Assembly: GCA_963833425.1 (NCBI GenBank)
Contig: CAWHXP010000003.1
Coordinates: 192,001-256,000 of the forward strand
Source: an uncultured Methanosarcinaceae archaeon
GTDB taxonomy: Archaea > Halobacteriota > Methanosarcinia > Methanosarcinales > Methanosarcinaceae
Direction: 5' to 3'
DNA: 64,000 bases
Shown: in pieces, positions 57,929 to 64,000 of the stretch
Layout of the letters: each line of letters starts with the position of its first letter
Position numbering within the stretch: the first letter of the stretch is position 1
Notes under the pieces: generated by a model
Seen by the model: the letters and a program-made list of their open reading frames with translations, nothing else
The model's database searches: none
Told to the model about the DNA's origin: nothing
Program-made: the position numbers and the translations under genes

Positions 57929-58513
57929 ATGAAACGATTACTTAGAATACAGGGTAAAGAACGAGTTTCTTTTTCATTTCCGTTCTTTTTTAAAAAATCG
58001 CTCTTCATTTTAGCGATTTTTTGTTTTGTTTTCTTCAGCTCAGGTTGCACGGATACTAATCATTCCGGCAACGAATCAGAGCCTGTCAAGGTCACAAAGG
58101 ATGTTAATGATTCAGGCAAAAAAACAGGGCTTGTTGAAGTTACGAATCTGAGCCAGATTAATGAAGCTCTCAATAAAGGCCCGGTTATGTTGAAACTTGG
58201 TTCTAAAAGCTGTATTCCCTGTAAAGAGCAGGAACAGGTGCTTTCAGAGCTTCTTCCAATGTATCAGAATTCTGCTTCATTTATGATCATTGATATTGAA
58301 GCGTATCCTGAGTTTGCGACAGAATTTGGAGTGAGATCCATCCCGGATACCTGTATTATCACAGGCATCGAGAATGGAAAATACATATACATGCGGCAGG
58401 ATGGCAGCAAAAGTCCGGAAAGAACAACTTCAAGATTCCTAGGTGTTACGGATAAAAAAACACTTTCAGAAACCCTTGGGAAAGCTATCGCATCCAAGAA
58501 AACGGGCGTGTGA
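57929..58513 (+). CDS. Thioredoxin-like lipoprotein
   Basis: Hydrophobic signal plus SSGC lipobox, CIPC active site, FGVRSIP. Confidence 0.87.
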   Translation: MKRLLRIQGKERVSFSFPFFFKKSLFILAIFCFVFFSSGCTDTNHSGNESEPVKVTKDVNDSGKKTGLVEVTNLSQINEALNKGPVMLKLGSKSCIPCKEQEQVLSELLPMYQNSASFMIIDIEAYPEFATEFGVRSIPDTCIITGIENGKYIYMRQDGSKSPERTTSRFLGVTDKKTLSETLGKAIASKKTGV

Positions 58514-58517
58514 ACTT

Positions 58518-59162
58518 ATGTTTTCCAATTTTTTACCAATTGCAGCTTTCTCTGCAGGGTTGGTTAGCGTGCTCTCTCCATGCATCCTGCCTGTAATCCC
58601 GGTAGTTTTAGCTTACTCTACTGAGGAAGGGAAGTTCAGGCCGCTTGCGATTGTGTCAGGTTTGTCCCTTTCATTCACTTCCATGGGAATCATTACTTCT
58701 ATTTTCGGGGCGACACTCAAAGCTTATCTCGATTACCTTAACATCTTCGCTGAAATTCTTCTTATTACTATGGGCATTGCGCTGCTCTTTGATCTCAATA
58801 TTTTCAATTTTTTTAGAAATTTTTCATCCCTTGCAAATTCTAAACGAGAAGGCCTTTTTGGAGGGCTTTTGCTTGGTCTCTCTCTTGGAATAGTCTGGAT
58901 TCCGTGTGTCGGTCCGGTACTTGGTTCTATTCTCACAACTGTTGCTGTTTCAGGTAAAGTTGTCTATGGAGCATTAATGCTTTCAATCTATTCTATCGGC
59001 TTTTCCATTCCAATGCTTCTTGTCGCTTATTCTGCAAGCTTTTCTTCCTCAAAAATTCAAAATATTTCAAGATATGGTTTCCCGTTAAAAAAAGTTGCTG
59101 GTTTAATAATACTGGGAGTTGGTTCCTACATGGTTTACAAAAATCATTTCGGCGGTCTCTAA
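58518..59162 (+). CDS. ccdA: CcdA/DsbD-family transmembrane electron transporter
   Basis: LSPCILPVIP and WIPCVGPVLGSIL; six TM helices; ATG 58518. Confidence 0.92.
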   Translation: MFSNFLPIAAFSAGLVSVLSPCILPVIPVVLAYSTEEGKFRPLAIVSGLSLSFTSMGIITSIFGATLKAYLDYLNIFAEILLITMGIALLFDLNIFNFFRNFSSLANSKREGLFGGLLLGLSLGIVWIPCVGPVLGSILTTVAVSGKVVYGALMLSIYSIGFSIPMLLVAYSASFSSSKIQNISRYGFPLKKVAGLIILGVGSYMVYKNHFGGL

Positions 59163-59409
59163 AAAAATTGCTTTTCTCACTGCCCAGCAAATTGCTGGCC
59201 ATTTGATTGAGCTAAAAATTAGTTGACAATTTCTGAAATCATAAGGTTCTAAAGCTATATTTCATAAATGAAAACAAATAACAGTCACTTTCAGGGTATT
59301 AAAGGTCCTCTAATATTCCGCTGAAGTGAAGATGCTTCTCATAATTGTCGGTAAAATTTGAAGAGGCTCATTGCTTCAAGCTATATATTCAGATTTTTTA
59401 AAAGAAATA

Positions 59410-59573
59410 TAGAGAATATTAAAGCCAAAGTTAAAGAATAAAGAGTAGAGGACTTTGAAAATATCCTAAAATACTGAATCATGGTCACCACCGCCGTTGT
59501 AATTGATGGGGATGTGAAATTAGTGGGCAAAGTCCCAAATGAAAAAGAAATTAAAAAGAGGATCACTGAATAA
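59410..59573 (+). pseudogene. Small redox-active disulfide (thioredoxin-like) protein remnant
   Basis: VEDFENILKY*IMVTTAVVIDGDVKLVGKVP; CxxC N-terminus lost. Confidence 0.7.
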
Positions 59574-59619
59574 AAGAAAATGATTTATTTTACTAACCAA
59601 TAACAAAGAGGAGACAAGG

Positions 59620-59865
59620 ATGAGTAACGTGGTCTATCCTGTGTGTGCAGTTGGAGGAGTTAGTTTTATTCTCAGCAGGATTTTGGGGTTCCCTGATGGT
59701 TTTGTGGCGTTTGTGACCGGGATGTTGGCAACTTCTATGGCTTATTGGGTAAATTCATATCCTAGAGAAAAAAAAAATGGAAGAAAAGAAAAGGTCAGCT
59801 TGTAGCAATCAATATCCTTTCAGGAATTGCATGTTTGTATTCTCTTAAATTGCTTGAACTATGAT
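59620..59865 (+). pseudogene. Small membrane protein, probably frameshifted
   Basis: GAGGAG RBS and a hydrophobic frame broken near an A-run at ~59770. Confidence 0.45.
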
Positions 59866-59949
59866 AAAGTCGAGAAATAGGTTCGACCAAATTCTCATGT
59901 TGAAAGGACTTATTCTCAGATTCATTTTTCTCCTACCTATTCTTGATTA

Positions 59950-60611
59950 AGCAAGATCCTGCAGCACATATGAAATTCGTTATAGAAAGAAGTAATGATA
60001 TAACAATAAGTAGGATTGACGAAGAAGCTGAACTTACTAAATATAAATAATAAGTGTTCAGCAAAGCAAAGGAAAACGATGAGTGAGAATGACCTTGCCC
60101 ATGTAGAAGAAGACTTAAGGTCACCCTGTACGCAGAAGATTGCTTTTTTTAGAGCATTTGCTCAAATTGTAGAAAGAGATAAAAATGAGGTCGTTGTTAT
60201 CGATACTTCGCCCATGGGCATACTCTTTTACTCATTGATTAAACCCAAAGTTATCATAGAGAAATCAGGCGTTCCCAAGGTGACATCCCAGAGTTAGTTA
60301 AAAACTTGTTGCCATGTTGAGAAATGCTGACGGAAATGAAGTTCTAATTATTACACTAGCAGAAACCACACTTGTGTACGAAGCAATGCGGCTCGAGTCT
60401 GACCTTAAACGCTCTGGAATCAATAGCAAATGGTGTATAATCAATGCTAGCTTATATGCAACTGAAACAACGAATAAAACTCTCAAGTGAAGGCCAGAAA
60501 CGAGATTGAATGGACAAATAAAGTTGACAAACATTCAAATAGCAATTTTGCGGTTATAGAGTGGAAAGCAGATGAAATCAAAGGTTAAAAAATATTAGAT
60601 CTGATAAAGTA
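59950..60611 (+). pseudogene. arsA: Arsenical pump-driving ATPase, C-terminal remnant
   Basis: DPAAH, EEDLRSPCTQKIA.FRAFA, VVIDTSPMGHTLLL, ITLAETT.VYEAMRL..DL.R.GI; stops and frameshifts. Confidence 0.87.
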
Positions 60612-60762
60612 AGTGAAACTGTGAAAAAAAATTTAAGTGTTTGCCCTCAACTCGAATTTCGCTTAGCATTGACTGCAGAATATCGGTCTAATTTGCTAAT
60701 ATTACAAAAGCTTTCAGGAATAATCAGGAAGTTGAATAGACAAATAGCCAAAGGATCCGATA

Positions 60763-61100
60763 TCATTTCCCGAATGTCTGCAAGATCCAATCTTTTATCT
60801 CATCTCTAATCCGCCGGAAGACTATGAGCTGCTCGTCTTCCGATCCTACAGCTGCAGCTGGATCTTCAAAACTTGTATGAATTACTTCTCTTACTTTGGG
60901 ATATTCACTCGGGAACTGAAGATCCGTGCTGCATATTGGAAAGGCCAGTTTAGCACGTCGCAGACCGTGGCCGCAACATCAAATATCGTATGCTGAAATT
61001 CTTGGAAAGCTTTGGAGCGCTGACTAGAGATATCGATACCGTTTTTTGACGAAAACATAAAAGTGAGAATCGGACTCAAAGCATCAGAACCCTGCTAAAG
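60763..61100 (-). pseudogene. arsC: Arsenate reductase (LMW-PTP type), 5'-truncated and frameshifted
   Basis: GIDISSQRSK, FDVAATVCD, HTSFEDPAAAVGSEDEQLIVFRRIRDEIKDWI; CX5R loop missing. Confidence 0.85.
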
Positions 61101-61154
61101 CACCAGGAAATCCTGACGGAACATCAAAATAAACTGAAAGCTGTTGTAGAAGCA

Positions 61155-63128
61155 TTACAAGACACATAGTCCTAGGAAATCAGTCATTCAGCATAAATAT
61201 AGACAAATGGATCCCGGTAAGGGATATATATTTCCCTCACGTAGGACAGGAAAATCATCTCATAGGACATGCCCAACGGATAGGGATCTTTACTGACGGT
61301 AGACTTTCCTGGGTCAATGAGGAAAGCTGGGATAAGAAGCTTGCTTATAAGAACGATACCCTTGTTACCGAAAACCGAGCCTTAAACAGGGAGAAGAGTA
61401 TCTAAATCCTTCTAGAGGAGAACGTCTACTGCGAAGCCGATATCTTTATCCGGAAAATAATTGTGAAAAACCTGCAGGAAAGGTCAAGGGAAGTCCGGCT
61501 TTTCTTTAATAACGATTTTCACCTATACGGAGATGGAATCGGGGACAAAGCAGTATACCAGATGGACCACAACGTCATAGTGCATTACAAACGATCCAGA
61601 TATTTCCTGGTCGGTGTCCTCAAATCGAACGTAACAGAGGACATCGTCACAGATATTGACGACTATGCCATCGGCCAGGCTGAAAACCGGGGCTTTAGAG
61701 GTACCTATGTGGATGCTGAAGATGGAGTTCTGTCAAAAAACCCGATCACTCAGGGTTCAGTGGAATCAACAGTGGGAGTGAGTTTGCAGATTCCAGGAAA
61801 TTCCTCCAAGATTGTGTACTATTATATGACCGCCGGAAAAGACTTCCAGGAAGTCTATTCCCTCAATAATCTGATCATGGAAGAAGGCCCAGAAAGTCTT
61901 CTGGAGCGTACTGAGGAATGCCAGAGATCCTGGGTAAACCGATCGAGTACCAATCTTTCCGGCCTTGAACCCGGCTTATAGCTCTCTACAAGCACCCCCT
62001 CCTAATAATAAAAACACAGACATATGCAGGTGAGACTATAATAACAGCAAATGATTCTGATAGGCTGCAGTTTAACCGGGACACCTACAGTTATATGTGA
62101 CTAGAGATGGAGCCCTTGTTTCGATTGCCATGATAAAGGCCAGCTTTCCAGAGTTTACAAAGCCCTTTTTCAGGTTATGTAAGCATGTTCTCTGGTGGGC
62201 TGGATGGCCTGGCACAAGTATAACCCCGACGGAACGCTGGGAAGTAGCTGACACCCCTGGATAGATTACGGACAGCTGTGCCTTCCGATTCAAGAAGATG
62301 AAACGGCTCTCGTCATCCATGGATTGTGGAAATATTATGAGGCCACAGAAGACCTTGAGTTTGTCAAAGAACTCTATGAGCCCCTAGTAAAGAAAGCCAT
62401 TTTTTTTCTTAGATGGCTACAATTACCCTAACGACATCCCCGTAGAGAGCTACGACTTGTGGGAAGAAAGGAGAGAGAGGCATCTTCACTTTCACGGTCT
62501 CTGCGATTTACAGAGGATTTCTCTCAGGAGAAGAACTCGAGCACCTTTTAAATGATGAGGAAATCTGCAGAATCTGCCAGATACGCCATGCTAAGCTTAA
62601 GCAGGCGATCATAAACGAGCTTTATGATATCGAAAGAAATATTTTTTTAAGGGGTATCAAGTACTAAGCCCACGACACAGACAGTGAAATTATAGACAGT
62701 ATGGCTGACAGCAGCGTTTATGGTATCTTTGAGTTCGACCTGCTACCCTCAAACGATCCCCGTGTGATCAGGACAATTCAAAACCTGGAAGAAAAACTCT
62801 GGGTCCTGGAAAGGGTGGGATGGCAACATATGAAAACGACACATATCACAGGGAGACATCCCTGGTCACAGGCAACCCCTGGCTCATATGCACTCTCTGG
62901 CTTGCGAAGTGGTATATCGCAAAAGCAAAAGAAAACAGAGATCTGAAAAAAGCCCTCGAGCTGATCAACTGGGTTGAAGACTGCTCCCTCGAGACCGGAA
63001 TCATGCCTGAACAGGGTCCATCCCTTCACAGGAGAGTCGCTCTCTGTGGCCACTCTGACCTGGAGCCATGCCGAGTTTATGGATCCGATTACGCGTTATC
63101 AGGAAAAGAAAATGCAGCTGAATTTTAA
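61155..63128 (+). pseudogene. Glucoamylase / GH15 glycoside hydrolase pseudogene
   Basis: LGNQS, DIYFPHVGQEN, DTYSYM*LEMEP (decayed YxWxRD region), IQEDETAL, SYDLWEER, GNPWLICTLWLA, PLTWSHAEF; many stops and frameshifts. Confidence 0.9.
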
Positions 63129-63253
63129 AAGGTTGAGTAAAAATATTTAAGTCAATTTTAAGATAAATTCGAGTTATATTAAGAATAAAATTAGGACTGG
63201 AATAAGATTGAAATTAGGAAGAGAAACAAAAGACAAAGAGGAAGTGAGCAACC

Positions 63254-63367
63254 TTGCCGGAGAAAGAGACAGCAGAAAGAAAGAAATTCACCTGTCCTGT
63301 GTGCCAGATGATTTTTGCAACAAAAGAAGATTACGAAAAGCATAAGATCAAAAAACATAACAGATGA
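63254..63367 (+). CDS. 37-aa single C2H2 zinc-finger microprotein (absent from ORF track)
   Basis: GAGGAAGTGA RBS-like sequence, TTG start; MPEKETAERKKFTCPVCQMIFATKEDYEKHKIKKHNR* fits F-x-C-x2-C-x3-F-x5-phi-x2-H-x4-H. Confidence 0.75.
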   Translation: MPEKETAERKKFTCPVCQMIFATKEDYEKHKIKKHNR

Positions 63368-64000
63368 ATGATCAGCTACAGATTTGGAATACAGTTGTAC
63401 TAGAGAGGGGATTCGACGAAGGAACTTGGAATAATAATTTTTAGTAAATGGGGGGAAATATTGCCCTTCAGTGTGAGGAAAAGATGATAAAAGTCATCGG
63501 AAAATCAACGAGGTCAAAATTCTAGACCATCGTTTCTTTGCGAAATAAGTTTGTTTGACAACAACCATTAGTTGAGAATGTGATTTGATTTAAGGAAATC
63601 TGTTGAAGTACACTCCGCTTCCCAGGAAATCAAAAGTATGACCTAAGGAGCACCCATACTTTAAGAGAGGATGGCCACATTAATTTGATATAACATGTTA
63701 ATGGGAAAGTTTCCATCTACGTAGCATGTAGCCGGATACTCGACTGAAAGAAACAGTCAAGAAAATTTATATAAATCCCAATTTTGGTTTCTTGGTTATA
63801 ATGCCCCATCAGCAATTTGTGGGAGATTTGAGTTTTACCAACATTTTTTGAAATTGTGAAAATCTCCAAAAATGATAAAATATAATCAATATAAAAGTAT
63901 TTTAGATTTTAAAACACTTTATGGAGAAGTAAGTTTTATTCAGAAATTATTTTTCGTATTTTAATTTAAAATAAAGAAGCAAATAATTACACATTGCAGC

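Overview
Archaeal chromosomal window that looks like Methanosarcina (inferred from an HdrA-MvhD fusion plus polyferredoxin, orf16-grpE-dnaK-dnaJ, the rps19e...rpl39e-rpl31e-eIF6-rpl18a-pfdA-ftsY cluster, a multi-OB RPA, CooC and Taw2). About 38 intact CDS cover only ~46% of the window (my sum, ~29.7 kb). The rest is eroded DNA: dead IS5/IS6/IS110 elements, several MITE families and pseudogenes (arylsulfatase, SulP, arsA, arsC, GH15 glucoamylase). The best-supported discovery is a ~7 kb inversion between two IS5 copies, shown by a split CACA target duplication and a 357-bp near-identical tract. Other notable points: a degenerate tandem triplication of the promoter and 5' end of a processive GT2 synthase, two microproteins missed by the ORF track (a 4-Cys putative Fe-S protein and a C2H2 zinc finger), a cooC with an ATA start, and a high TAG stop share (8/38) for a genus that normally uses UAG for pyrrolysine. 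No CRISPR array, tRNA or rRNA was seen. All calls come from reading the sequence; no database searches were run.
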